Positions 36,940-49,092 of a stretch of DNA of 64,000 nt are shown here, one piece after another. Both the position numbers and the translations under genes were made by a program. Position 1 is the first letter of the stretch, and every line of letters begins with the position of its first letter. The notes beneath the pieces were generated by a model. The model was not told where the DNA came from. It saw only the letters and a program-made list of their open reading frames with translations, and made no database searches. Source of the DNA: Iphione sp. A-MEVVRFRX5 (taxonomy: Eukaryota); the NCBI GenBank assembly GCA_976226885.1, contig OZ320319.1:25668001-25732000 (forward strand), in the 5' to 3' direction.

Positions 36940-37608
36940 ATGAGTATGCGTAGTAAAGTGCTGATTCTAGCAGATTCTAGGGGCAGATATTTAAATGAGT
37001 ACCTTCGACATGAGTGGCTTAATATGCACAATATATATGTTGACGTATATTTTAAGCCTGGAGCATCATTAGATACGATACTAAGTGCTTTGTTGTATTA
37101 TGATCTCTCTTCGTATAGTTTGATTTATATTTTTGCTGGCATTACAAGTATCTGCACGAGGGATAGCTATACTAAGTTATTGCTCCCTACCTTTGACAAT
37201 GTCAAGTCATGGACATTGTGGTTTACAACATTTAATTGGAAAATGTGTAGTAAGCTTGCCTCTGTGGACGGCTGTCCCCGAGTTGGTTACTTACCTATAA
37301 TGAGCATAAATTGGAGAGTGTACAGTAGTGATACATATTCTGAAGAGCGTCAGGTGTATGTATCGAACTGTGTGAAAGAGATGAATGGGATTATACATGA
37401 ATTTAATGACAATATGGGCATGTATACTGCAGGTACGGCCGAGCCAGTCCATCACTTCCAAGGTAGGCGCTATCGGTCTAAATTCAAGTATTTATGGGAT
37501 GGCTGCCACCCTAACCATGAAGCCTTGCGTGACTGGGGTGTTAGTATCACTCGAGCTATATCATTGATGTTTGGAGTTGGGGCTGTACATCCAGGGCATG
37601 CTTGGTGA
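36940..37608 (+). CDS. Free-standing SGNH/GDSL-type hydrolase (esterase) ORF, 222 aa
   Basis: Block I VLILADSRG, block II KPGA, block III-like FAGITSI, block V WDGCHP; ATG start and uninterrupted. Confidence 0.8.
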   Translation: MSMRSKVLILADSRGRYLNEYLRHEWLNMHNIYVDVYFKPGASLDTILSALLYYDLSSYSLIYIFAGITSICTRDSYTKLLLPTFDNVKSWTLWFTTFNWKMCSKLASVDGCPRVGYLPIMSINWRVYSSDTYSEERQVYVSNCVKEMNGIIHEFNDNMGMYTAGTAEPVHHFQGRRYRSKFKYLWDGCHPNHEALRDWGVSITRAISLMFGVGAVHPGHAW

Positions 37609-37652
37609 GTAGGAACATTATATTACCTCTGCTTGCTACCAATATCGTTACT

Positions 37653-40436
37653 ATGACAGTGTTGCATGTGGGCATGTGGAACTGCTGTAGTATCTTAGGG
37701 AAATTAACAGAAATATCAGCTTTGTTACGAGATGAAAAAATTGATGTCTTTGGTATTTGTGAAACTTGGCTAACAAATACGTTGCCAACGGGTATACTGG
37801 AGCAGCCAGGTTATAGTGTCTATCGTTTGGATAGAGACAGGATTGCGGTAAATAAGAAATGGGGCGGAGGGTTACTAATATATGTTAGGTCTGAATGGAT
37901 TGCAGAAGTAATTTCAGATGGTAGTTGGATGAGTCCGGATGGTGAAATTTTATGTCTGAAATTCAAGCCTGGGATGAGAAAGTGGCATTTATTATTCTTG
38001 GTATATAGGTTACCTAATGGAAACTTAGTAAACTTCCTGGATACATTACAAAGACTAGTGTTGTCCGTAAATAAGAATCATAAATACAAATTGACAATTT
38101 TAGGGGACTTTAACGTTGATATGTTAAAAAGCTCGAATCAAAGACGTAAATGTAATTCTATGGCCTCCTATCTTTCCTTGCACCAGGTTGTGTGTTGTAG
38201 TACTCATGATAATGGTGGATGTCTCGACCATGTGTATGCATCTGGGGACATTAAAAAGTGGAGAGTATGGAATAATGGTCTAAGTGACCATAAGATAGTT
38301 TGTGTAGATTACAAGAAGCTGGGAGCTAAGTTAAATAAAAGAAGGTATATTTGGAGACGAGACTCACGTGCTTACAATTTCCCATTATTGTGTGAAATGT
38401 TAAATGAATGTGACTGGGTTGGGGATTGTGAGGAGGTAGAGGTAATGTGGGAATGTTGGAAACACAACTGCATAGCAGTTCTTGATAAAATTGCCCCCTT
38501 ACAAAAAATTGAAGTCTGGGGAAATGAGTCTATAGTTCTTAAACCATTAATTATGCAGTGGAGAAAAGAGCGTATTTACTTTCGTAAAAAATGGATTCGT
38601 ACAGGCGTACAGGAGTACAAACATATTTCGAATTATTATCGGAACTTGATAAATAAAGAGATCAGGAAAGATCAAAGGGCAAACTTTCTAGGTAAATTAC
38701 GAAAATGTGGTCAAAATGAAAGAAGTTTCTGGTCGTTGGTAAATGAAGTAGTTTTTGGAAAGGTGAAAAAGACTAAGAATGTAAGTGTACGTGTGGATGG
38801 AGTATTATATGAAAATGAGGATGTGCCTGGAGTCATGAATCAATTCTTTATCGATAATGTAGGAAAACTAGCAAGATCTACCAAAACAGTGCATGGGGAT
38901 ATATATGTGCCTGCAAGTGAGTGTGAGTGTGTGATGAATGAATTTACAGAGGTGACATATAGTGAAACTGCCAAACTAATATCACTGTTGAAAATGTCTA
39001 AACCGTCAGGCTTGGAGTCAATAAGTATGAGATACATGAAAGATTGTCTTAAAGGAACTTTATACTACTTTACGTCCCTGCTTAATGTGTCGCTCAGGTG
39101 TGGTGTAATACCGAGCGACTGGAAAGCAGGTGTCGTGGTACCATTATTTAAGAATGGCAGTGTCATTGAATGTTCCAACTACAGGCCTGTTACGTTATTG
39201 CCGGCTCCCTCAAAGATTTTAGAAGAGGTAGTTCTTAAAAGAGTCAATATATTTGTAGAAAAGAATCAAATTCTGAATGCAGGACAATTTGGTTTCAGAG
39301 CTGGTCGAAGTACTATATCTGCTGCAGGCTATATGCTAAAACATGTTTATGATGCAATAAATGATGGAAAATATGTTGCTGCTGCATATCTTGATATGTC
39401 CAAGGCGTTCGACCTGGTAGACCACAAAACATTATTACAGAAATTATCTAGTTACGGCTTTAAGGGATTGGTGCTAAGGTGGTTTAGAGCATATTTGAGT
39501 AACAGGGTTCAATGTGTAAAAGTAAATGGTAGTATTTCATCTTCATTAAAAGTAACCACTGGGGTTCCCCAGGGCTCCATCTTGGGGCCCTGGCTTTTTA
39601 TTATCATGATTAATGATATTTTTAGGAGTATTTCACTATCTCGCCTAGTAATTTATGCTGATGATATAACGGTGGTATCTACCGGGTCGAGCGCCTTGGC
39701 ACTTAGGACAAAACTACAACTAGTGTTGAAACAAATACATACCTGGTGTTGCAATAATGCTCTTCTCTTAAATTTTAGTAAATCAAAGATAATGACCTTC
39801 GGCAAAGCGAAAGACTTTGTATTGGATGTTGCTATTGGTGATGCACACCTAGAGCAGGTTGAAACTTTCAAATTTTTAGGCTTGCATATTAACAATGATT
39901 TAAGTTTCTCTGAAATGGTGCAATACAAGGTCAAAAAACTGCAACAGGTATCATATTTAATAAGGCGTTCTTGCTTTTTGCTGGATATGAACTTGAGGAG
40001 GCAACTATTTGTAGCATGTATAACGCCGCATTTAGACTATGGATTAGCATTTGTTGTCGGTGCTACAAGGATTGACTTCACTAAGTTGGAAAATGCATGG
40101 TACAGAGCAATACGTTCATGTGTATTGGGTTTCTGGGAGGGTAGAACTGCAATCCTGAACTGGCTAGCTCTAAACAAAATACGAGATATGCGCAACAGAC
40201 TTGAATGTCACTTGTTACAATTAATTACAGATTTGTATGGTTTAGGAATATGTGAAAAAAGACCTATTGGTATCATGAGAAGGAGTACTAGTGTGCAGCT
40301 AGTATATGATAGGCCAAGGTTAAGTGTGTATCGGAATAGTTTTCTTGTAGAAGGGATTAGATTGTGGAATGAACTACCCACTGAGATACGGTGTTTAAAT
40401 AGCAAAGCTATCAAAGGGTTTATTAGTAAAAGGTGA
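37653..40436 (+). CDS. LINE ORF2: APE endonuclease + reverse transcriptase, uninterrupted
   Basis: MWNCCS, ICETWL, GGGLLIYV, LGDFNVD, LDHVY, SDH; YRPVTLL, QFGFR, LDMSKAFD, GVPQGSILGP, YADD, SFLVEGIRLWNELP. First ATG at 37653 (ORF track starts at GTG 37602). Confidence 0.95.
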   Translation: MTVLHVGMWNCCSILGKLTEISALLRDEKIDVFGICETWLTNTLPTGILEQPGYSVYRLDRDRIAVNKKWGGGLLIYVRSEWIAEVISDGSWMSPDGEILCLKFKPGMRKWHLLFLVYRLPNGNLVNFLDTLQRLVLSVNKNHKYKLTILGDFNVDMLKSSNQRRKCNSMASYLSLHQVVCCSTHDNGGCLDHVYASGDIKKWRVWNNGLSDHKIVCVDYKKLGAKLNKRRYIWRRDSRAYNFPLLCEMLNECDWVGDCEEVEVMWECWKHNCIAVLDKIAPLQKIEVWGNESIVLKPLIMQWRKERIYFRKKWIRTGVQEYKHISNYYRNLINKEIRKDQRANFLGKLRKCGQNERSFWSLVNEVVFGKVKKTKNVSVRVDGVLYENEDVPGVMNQFFIDNVGKLARSTKTVHGDIYVPASECECVMNEFTEVTYSETAKLISLLKMSKPSGLESISMRYMKDCLKGTLYYFTSLLNVSLRCGVIPSDWKAGVVVPLFKNGSVIECSNYRPVTLLPAPSKILEEVVLKRVNIFVEKNQILNAGQFGFRAGRSTISAAGYMLKHVYDAINDGKYVAAAYLDMSKAFDLVDHKTLLQKLSSYGFKGLVLRWFRAYLSNRVQCVKVNGSISSSLKVTTGVPQGSILGPWLFIIMINDIFRSISLSRLVIYADDITVVSTGSSALALRTKLQLVLKQIHTWCCNNALLLNFSKSKIMTFGKAKDFVLDVAIGDAHLEQVETFKFLGLHINNDLSFSEMVQYKVKKLQQVSYLIRRSCFLLDMNLRRQLFVACITPHLDYGLAFVVGATRIDFTKLENAWYRAIRSCVLGFWEGRTAILNWLALNKIRDMRNRLECHLLQLITDLYGLGICEKRPIGIMRRSTSVQLVYDRPRLSVYRNSFLVEGIRLWNELPTEIRCLNSKAIKGFISKR

Positions 40437-40673
40437 TGTATATTCTCTTGATTTGTGTATTTAATTTGACTGTATTGAATATTCTTGTGATGTTTTTCCT
40501 GATTGCTGGTACAATGTAACATATTGTAACATTGCTATATTGTTGAATTATGGAGATGTATTATTACTCGCTACTAGTATTGTGTTATATGAGCCTAGGT
40601 TGAGTTGTTGGTTGAAAAAACACCAATTTGGTGAGACTTGAGCTCAATAAAATTGTTCAAATTCAAATTCAAA

Positions 40674-42100
40674 GGGTTTTGGAAGTCCTAGCATCCAGGG
40701 AAGGAGAGTCCGTTGCGATTAGTGTTTTTTTATTAGGAGAACATCTGGGGCGTTTTATGACGCCGTCTAGCAGGCTTCTTGTTTGCTTGGGAGGCCACGG
40801 ATGTTCCAACTGATGACTACCAGGACATTCTTTCTGTTCTCTTCATAGTTCTATCTCATAGGGTCCTTTTCTAGCGTCTGGTTCATAAGCTTTGATATTG
40901 GGTTCTACTGCAAGTGAGGTTGGATAGGACTGTATCAGTTGCACTGGGTTATAGCCTTTCAGGAGGGCTTATACGAGCTTTCAGAGAAATTCAATTTCCT
41001 CAATTTTCTTTGAGAGCTTCTCAAAGACACACGTGTAGTCGGTGACTCTGGATTTGGCGGCGATGTTCCACGTGTATTGTTGTTCAAGGTCGGGGGGTTG
41101 TGTGCGAGTGCCTTGTTGTTGAATACCTTATGAAAAGGTCTTTCTGGGTGTCTTCCTTGGTGTGGGGACTGGTATTCCACTTTGTGGGTTCATGGTGTCT
41201 CTGGGTTGATCAGCCAGTCTGGTCCTGACTCGAGGAGAAAGGTGTGAGGTTGCTGTTCTGGGCGCTTCCTTCTTGGAGGACGTGGTTGTCCGTCTGACAT
41301 CTCTTGGGGTCGCTGCTCTTCACTGGCTGCATAGCGTCTTGATGTTAGCACGTGATGCTGCAGGTGCAGGGAAGGATGTTATTCTTCTTGATCTCCTCTC
41401 TGTATCCAGATCGTGTCTTGGCGCATGATGCTGCAGGTTGTGTATACTTGCAGGGTAATCTTCTGGCTTCTCTTTTCCGTTCTGTTTGGCTGTTTCTTCT
41501 GCGGTCGAATTTGCCCCAAGCATTTTTCCAGTGGGGCACTAGTGGTTGCTGGCTTCATGGGGACCGAGGCAGGTTCCACATCTATGCTGTGGTGCTCCCA
41601 GGCATATATCTTGTGAAATCTGATGATCGTGCCGTTGGGTCCGGTGATGAGGCTCCTAGGTCTACTTTGATGTTGCAGGCCAGTTGTTCTTTTGTCTCAA
41701 CCACTACAATCCAGACGGGCCTGCCTCCTCTTGATATATGTGTTGCCTTGGTGATCCTGGCTTTCACAATCAACTTCTGAGCAGCGGTCCTTGGTCGTAA
41801 ATCCTTTGAGTATCTATTTCTGTCTAAGCTTCTTTTTGTGTCGGAGAGGCGGCAAATCTTTCACCCATCGCTTCGTCCTTTTTGTCCACGTAGATTCTGT
41901 CGTCTCTTCTCTCGAAGATGAAGTGTCGCCCGTCTGGGCAGCATGGGTAGTAGGTAGGTTTGACGAAGTCATGGAAAACAGCGTCAGCTCTCCTGTAAGG
42001 CCCGGTTTCCTTACATGCGGCGTGTGTGCGTGCGTGGTGAAGTGTGGTGAAAGGCATTTTTATTGAACCCGTTGTTAATAGTCTAGGGTGTTCTATACCT
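40674..42100 (-). pseudogene. 5' part of an older LINE (decayed ORF1 and start of APE), cut by the three-ORF LINE
   Basis: Minus strand NVLVVISWNIRGLPSK...PDVLL (APE N-terminus) runs into the (TTCAAA)3 tail of the plus-strand LINE; upstream decayed ORF ends ...VFEKLSKKIEEIEFL*. 5' boundary approximate. Confidence 0.6.
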
Positions 42101-45100
42101 CCGGTGAGGTGCGTGAAAGTTGATGTGCATTAGGACCAGGACCATAAATTTGCCACACATGCACACAAACGCACAGCAATGCATAGGTATTTCTTTCCTG
42201 TTCCTACCGCACATATCTGCAAATTTCTACACATACCCATCCTTTTCCACACTTTTTCCTGTCACTTTTTGCTTCTGTTGCTGCGACGGGGTCTAACTGT
42301 CGTGAAGTCTTCGTCATCGGTGATGTATTCCTGGATCCTCCTCTGTCCCGTGTTTTTATTCATATTTAAGAGATAAACTGTATTTGCAATGCTATGATAA
42401 TTCGTCATGCATCACTGGCATGATAAAAACTACACCGGCCCCCTCCTGAATGTCATAAAACGTCCCAGCGGACACCTGTAACACCATGCAGACGTCACCT
42501 ACGCACTTTTTTGTGGTGATTCTGGAGCGAGTGTCTTCTATTGTATTTAGTTCCTGTTAGGAAAGGACCTTAAGGTGATGTTTGTAGTAAGCATTACCAT
42601 CTCGATGAAAAGACCTTTCTTTTGGAAATTCCCGCTCACAGTCTCACGTCTGTAATATCAAGAGATGAGTTTCAGAAGAGACAAAAGCGCTTTCGGCAAC
42701 GTCATGGCAAATGAATACAACCGGGGAGATGCGACTCCTGAATATTGTTCATATAGAAACGTTTTAACAAGGACCAGGAAGCTCAACATACAATGTTCTA
42801 CTTGTACCTTTGTTACAATATGGCACGGGAACGGCCTTTCCCGTCACCTAACAGTACAAATATGTTTTGTTCCTGCCGATGCATCATCACTATGGTAACA
42901 TAGGTGTGCTCGGTTATGAGGTATCATATTGCACGCTGAAAGGTGTATATTCTTTCTGACTGAACCTTTCTTTACCTCTCTTCACATAATGGGGAATCCA
43001 TCGTAGGTCGCACCTGCAGTAGCCTGTAGACAGGCAGAAACTTATAGCATAAAGTACATCTTTGTTGCGAACCTGACATAACACTCGGCGACACCTCTGT
43101 CAAGTGTATACTTGCTCTTAAAATGGCGTACGTAGAATGTCGAATTGCCAAGAGCTTAACCAGGGTTGCAAACTCAGTCACGTGCTCAGAATCTTCTTGG
43201 GATTGATGGTCACTAACTGCCGTGAAGGCGCACAGTCTTGACCGGGATTGCCTGGTTGCTCTCCCGTCCCCTTTTATTCTGCATGCCTTAACTCCCTCCT
43301 CTATCACTTAAACCTTTAGGAAAGACTTCAGCTTTGCCCAAGCCTGAAAACAGTCAGCACCAGAGCGGGCATACGACCTCCTCTGGTTCTTCGACCCTTT
43401 TTGCTTCCCTCCGCATCTGTGGTAGTGGTCCTGGCTGCTATTAGTGGGAGGAAGGTGGAGCTCATCTGACACTGACAGTAGTGATGGGTGTCATATCCGT
43501 CTGGGAGCGTGGACTGAAGAGACTGAAAGCTGTCGACATCCATGTTGGCCCATAGATTAGGTCACACAGGATTGGTGCCATTAAAGACTGTGTTTGACGG
43601 ACTAATTTCCCTCATATTTCAATATTCCAGTCCTATCACTTATCAGGTTTGTTCCCTCTCTGCAGTATACGTTTATCAGGTTGGATGGGTAGAAAAATTG
43701 TTATGGTGCTACCAGGTGTCCTTGAGGCCCTTGTGTACTGGCCCTTGCTGGATGTGCTACAACGATGTACGTGCAGCAGCTATTAACGTTGACAATTCTT
43801 TGAACGAATCTTTTTAAAAGAGATGTTTGTATCACAGGAACAAAAGCATGCTTTGGAAGAGTGAATCATTTTGCGAACAGTCTCTGGCGTTATCTGACCT
43901 ATTCCAACCTTTCAGGCTGTGAGCCTTGGCCATATTTGTTATCCTACTGTAGTTTTGCAGGCCCCACACTATTTGGTCCAGTGATTGACTTCGTATTCCT
44001 TTCTCCGATAGCTCTTTTATTCATCGGGTTTTGTTCCTTTGCACCAAAATAAGTCACAATTACGTAGTCGGTGCTTTTTTAACGTAAAAAGAGCTCAGGA
44101 AAGATTTGTTTCACATTTATTCTATAAAAGACGAATTTTACTCCGGCAATTGAAGCTAATGGCAAAAGCTCAGTCTTTTAAAGAACAAGTCATAAATCTT
44201 CCTTATTATTTACTTGAAGAGCGTTCGTATTGTAATGTGTGCAGGGGTGCAATCACCTTGCTTATGGTCCTTAATGCGTGCACAAGGTTTTCTAATTGGT
44301 CAGTTGTATGGCGTTTTAATACGACTGCCTGACACGCCAGATGCATGTCCCACCACTGCTTCACTGCATCACCCCCTTGACTGCTTTCACCAGTGAAAGT
44401 GGTGACCTCCCTCAGTACAGTCCACTGTGGGAGCCATGCTGGTGTGAGGAACGGAGTTCACCGAGGCTGGGGGAGAGTGTGCTGAACTTACACCGGTCGA
44501 GGCCACTTTTACAGCTTCCAATGCGTGGATCTTTTAAATATGTATATCGTACTGTGTACTGATACCTGAAGGAAGCATGTAGCATTTTGAATCCACCAGT
44601 GGAAAGTGATTTGCAGTGGTAATTACAGTTCCATGGGCATGTGTATGGACAGGTAGGATGTCATTGATTGTTGGGTTCCAACACTCAAGCTTTGAAACAG
44701 ACTTCTTTAAAGGACAACTCTTGTTTAAAATCAGTGGGTGCGTATAAAAGCATACTATGAAGTGGGAACTCCTTTCATCAACGTCTTTATTTACGTAAAC
44801 TAAAACAAGCCACAGAGGGGCGAGGCAATAGCAGAAAATATTTAGCCCGAGGTCGATAATGCTCCCACGCTACATCTGTTGGCGAAAATCTTTCGCCTCG
44901 GGCTGACGGAAAGGTAATCTAATCAGCTTACTCACTTGTGGTGACGAAACAAACGACAAAGACAAGCCTTTGCACTTATCAGGAGAAAATGGGTACCGTT
45001 TGGAAGCAACATTTACGCTCCAGTTTTGTTGATGGTACTTTCCAGTTGCAAGACCTTCTTCACATCGTAAGGCCAAATACGGCGAAATTTACAATGACTG

Positions 45101-45949
45101 CTCATTCATTTACATGTACTTCTGAATATAGATGTTACGTAATTGTTTCTACTTTTCGTTAAGTCATGTAGCTCGAACACATTTCATACCTTAGGAAGAC
45201 ACCTCTTGAATTTAAAGGTTTTATATTATTATATGAATTTTCTTCCTATAATCTCTACATTTTGCTCCGTTTGATCATCTCCTTTTCTTTCCCCATAAGC
45301 GATGGCAAGTGCTTGCAAATAGAAAAGCCGCACTGTGTTTCTTCTCTTGAGGCGTCTGTGTAATTCACAATGACTGAAGTGTTCAAAGTCCACCTAGAGT
45401 CGGCGCTGATATATGAACACAATAAGGCTAGGATTTAAAAAAAGGCTTTTCAAATAGCCAATTTAGTTTTGACCTTCATTCGCGGAACCCTTCTAAAGAC
45501 ATGGGGACAGCGTACACCCAAAGAATCAATCACAGGACGCCCTAAGTTATGCCTAATTTACTTTCAGTGAAATCTTGGGAACAGAGGACAGCGTATTCAG
45601 TGCCATGATTTTACCAAGGTTTTGTCTGACCTTCTGCCGAAGCAGATTCGTGTCGACAAAAGAATATCGACAATAAATCGAATCCTTGGCCTGAGTTTGC
45701 CTTCCTCTGGGAAACCTTAAAATTAAAGGAAAGATTTTAACACTAATACTAACACTTTTAACATTATATCTACTTGTGTGGGCTATGCCTATTTATACTC
45801 AATAGAGAAAGCCCTACTGGCAGCCACATCCAGTGTAACCTATTTTCCTAAGTACGGAAGATACGCAGACTCAAAAATCGTTCTATGAATGTTGAATAAA
45901 TCTACGGAGGTCCACAGAAAAAAAAACATCAGGCTTACAAAAAGTACTA

Positions 45950-46645
45950 TAAGAGAGGAAATATTAATGATAAAGTAATAGCAACAAAACTTGGTAGTGA
46001 TGTCAAAAAATGGGCCATAGTCTTAGGCGAAAATATATTACAGAAAAGCTAGATGATGTCAAAACTAAACCAACAAAATTTTGGAGAGAGTTAAAGTCTG
46101 AACTAGATTCAAATAAGAAAAGGGATGGGCTGACCTTTAGAATTAGTGATGATAACCAAACGCATGTAAGTACACTCAATGATTTCTTTGTAGAGACTGG
46201 TGAAAGAATTACATGCAGTCTTCCGTCTAACATCCACTTGCCTCTACTCCAACCATGTAACGAGAATATGCCATTTATTGAAATATCTAATCATGAACTA
46301 GTGAAAAATATTCTGTCTCTTCCGAATAACAAGGCAAGCCCCATGGAAAGTGTACCATGTAGTATATGGAAGGAAGCGTGGTTAACACTTGACTCAGAAC
46401 TGGAGCATATAATAAAATTGAGTATAGAGAAAGGATACGTGCCCAAGAAATGGAAAGTAGCATTATGTGACTCCACTGTACCAGGTGGGCCCTCAAAATG
46501 ACCCCAGTAATTTCAGGCCGATAAGTCAGTTACCCTTAATTTCAAAATTAGTAGAGAAGATAATATACCAAAGAATAATAGAACATGTTGAAAATTGAGG
46601 ACTATTGACAAATGCAAAGCACGGTTTCAGACATTGTAAGGGAAA
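45950..46645 (+). pseudogene. LINE ORF2 fragment (post-APE linker to RT N-terminus)
   Basis: KFWRELK, LNDFFV, SLPNNKASPME, VPKKWKVA, then PSNFRPISQLPLISKLVEK...HGFRH with frameshift and stops. Confidence 0.8.
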
Positions 46646-47100
46646 GAGAAGACAGGTTTATTGTTGCACGTGTGGCAGGTCCAATGCAATATCCTGGTGC
46701 GACGAACTTATTTGAATCATAGATAGGATTACTGAATTAGAAGTCATGAAGTTTAAAACATGATCTCTTACACCGAAGAGACCGAGTCTGAAGTTATCAC
46801 TCCTGAAAGGTGCTTACATCACTGGTCACCAACACGAAACAAAGTTACCACCTATAAACCGGGTCTGTAGATGGTTCATTTAGTGTCTTCACAAATGTAT
46901 GGAAATTTTCTGTATTTTTGTTTAGACATATGAGTAATATAGGACTGAAGCACACTTAATGTTTTGTCAAGACCAGTTGGAATGCCATGGTTTGCTTAGA
47001 ATGTGATGTCATATACATGTATTAGGCTTTATTCCATTTGTACATATCATTTCCTGGGGTGGCATTATAACAGTGAAACTGATATTTTGATGAAATATTT

Positions 47101-47440
47101 CATTTCATTGTATCTTTAACCAGGAACTAGATATTCAGCTATTAGTTTAGCTATTCTTCCATATCCTCCTGAGGTAGCATACTACCTTCTATTATTGAGA
47201 ACTTAGAGACCAGAACACCTGGGGTTGCCCTGTATTCTTATTTCAAATTAGTTTCTGGGGTCTTTTTGTGCATAGAGGACAGAATCCTGTATATCCATGG
47301 CCTTTGTTACAAGTTGTGGACCACTCTGGATTGGGGATAAAGTAAATTGGTGTGATCATGATCAAGAGTCCCAGGTCCAGAATTCAACCTGTGACCTATT
47401 GATCAGTGGACCAGGGCTAGTCAGCAACTCTTACCAACTC
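47101..47440 (-). mobile_element. tRNA-derived SINE, older copy
   Basis: Aligns along ~330 bp with 47821-48158; degenerate B box GGTTGAATTC on the minus strand. Confidence 0.7.
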
Positions 47441-47820
47441 CCCACCTTTTTCTACATTGCTAGCAGAGAGGCCTCATGTAAGCTTTCTTGTGTACCAGTA
47501 CCAGCTGCCCTTATCTGACCCTTGTCCCATTAGAACATATACGTTCTCCATATTTCTCTTGGTTCACCAGGACTCCAACTATCCGCTGTGTCTCTCCCTC
47601 CTTCATCCTAATCTTTGCCTATAGCCCGGTCTTCCAAATCGTTCTCTCTTCATCTTCTATTCGTTTTTTTTACTTGAAGTCCTATCCCTCAAAATTCTGC
47701 TGCATCTTCCGTGTCTATTATTTTTCCCCAACTTCTTCCTAGTACTTTTTTCGCTATTATAAGCAGTTTATAGAATAGTAAAAGATATAGATATAATAAT
47801 AGATATAATAGATATAATTT

Positions 47821-48158
47821 CATTTCATTGTATCTTTTACCAGGAATATATTCACCTATCATACGACAGGGATCTTCCATATCCTCCTGGGGTAGCATAC
47901 TACCATCTATTGTTGAGAATTGAGAGACCAGAATACCCGGGGTTGCCCCCTACTCTTATTTCGAATAGGTTTCTGGGGTCTTTTTGTGCATAGGGGACAG
48001 AATCCTATACACCCACAGCCTTTTTACGAGTTTTGGACCACTCTGGGTTGGGGCTACAGTAAATCTGTCTGGTTGTGATCAGGAGTCCCAGGCCCGGGAT
48101 TGAACCTGCGACCTCTCAGTCAGTGGACCAGTGCTCTACCACTGAGCTAACAACCCAC
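47821..48158 (-). mobile_element. tRNA-derived SINE with Pol III A and B boxes
   Basis: Minus strand head: A box TAGCTCAGTGGTAGAGC, B box GGTTCAATCCC; T-stem mispaired, so not a functional tRNA; 3' end caatgaaatgaaa. Confidence 0.8.
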
Positions 48159-48774
48159 CGTAATAATATAGAAGATTACAACAATGATGTTTTGCCCCTA
48201 CCTAAAGGCACTTGTTAAACTCTCTTTATTCGAATGTCTGTTCATACAACGCTTCCAAAATGTAAATTAATTAGTTGTGAATATTTTACAAATTGAGGTC
48301 ATCGGCGGACCTTAGTGGGAAGCTGAGCGAATCTTTGCTTCAGGCAGAGGCAGAGGGATTGATTATGCTTGATGCATTGGCCCTGACGTCTAGCAGTACC
48401 CAAGTTGAAGAGACAATCACTTATGGTTGAGGGTACCATATCACATGAGAGTGCCCCAATAATTGATACTGTCCCTTTTATGACGGACCTATCTCGTGCC
48501 CTAAATGACTGTAGAACAATGCTCGGGAATAGATGATGATTGGTGACGTTGGTGACATCGTCCATGTAATGGGATACCCGTTGAGACACTGCCGGGCTCA
48601 ACCCGTTGTGTACTCGCTGTCGTCGCCCGGGACGGCCACCATGCAGGAGGGGGCGAATGACGTCTCGGCGGACCCAATCACTCTGCCCTGACAGCATTCC
48701 TGACCACTGGCGAAGATTTAACCAATCACTGGCCGCCTTTCTGACAACGCCAATACATCGTTTCCTTTGTCTTA

Positions 48775-49092
48775 GACCCCAAAATATCTTTGTTTCCGGT
48801 AACATGTTGAAACGTGACAGGTTTGGTAGGTAGGTGTTTGTTAATATTTTTCTTTTTTTTTCAATGTTAACTGGTATTGGAACTAGCAAAGGTATATGGC
48901 AATACCACTTGCACTACTAAGATTTTAATGAAACTGGGATTGTATAAAAGCTAATGATCAAAGGAATAATTTGGTGTTTTGTATGAGACACCAAGATAAG
49001 GACAAAACTTTTATAACAACAAAAAAGACTCCAACAGGCCAAAATGTAGGTTTTGTCAGGTTATGGGAAACAGATATTTTTCACTATAGGCC
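48775..49092 (+). mobile_element. MITE copy (same family as 26426-26759)
   Basis: tta|gaccccaaaatatctttgtttccggtaacatg ... gttatgggaaacagatatttttcactatAGGCC; shared internal aagctaatga block. Confidence 0.65.

Larger units (their letters stand above)
34300..40673 (+). mobile_element. Three-ORF CR1/L2-group non-LTR retrotransposon
   Basis: ORF1, SGNH ORF and APE-RT ORF2 on one strand; AATAAA 40646-40651 and (TTCAAA)3 tail 40656-40673. 5' boundary approximate; no TSD found. Confidence 0.85.

Noticed and set aside
42972-43307. Possible decayed tyrosine recombinase (RHST...)
   Set aside because: No H-x-x-R or catalytic Tyr spacing; the similarity is too weak.
48085-48158. Possible tRNA gene on the minus strand
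   Set aside because: A and B boxes are present but the T-stem and acceptor stem are mispaired, and it continues into a ~270-bp body shared with the 47101 copy, so it is a SINE head.
48640-48760. GC-rich patch with three CCAAT boxes and a CRE-like TGACGT
   Set aside because: Promoter-like, but no associated gene could be identified and the motifs are short enough to arise by chance.
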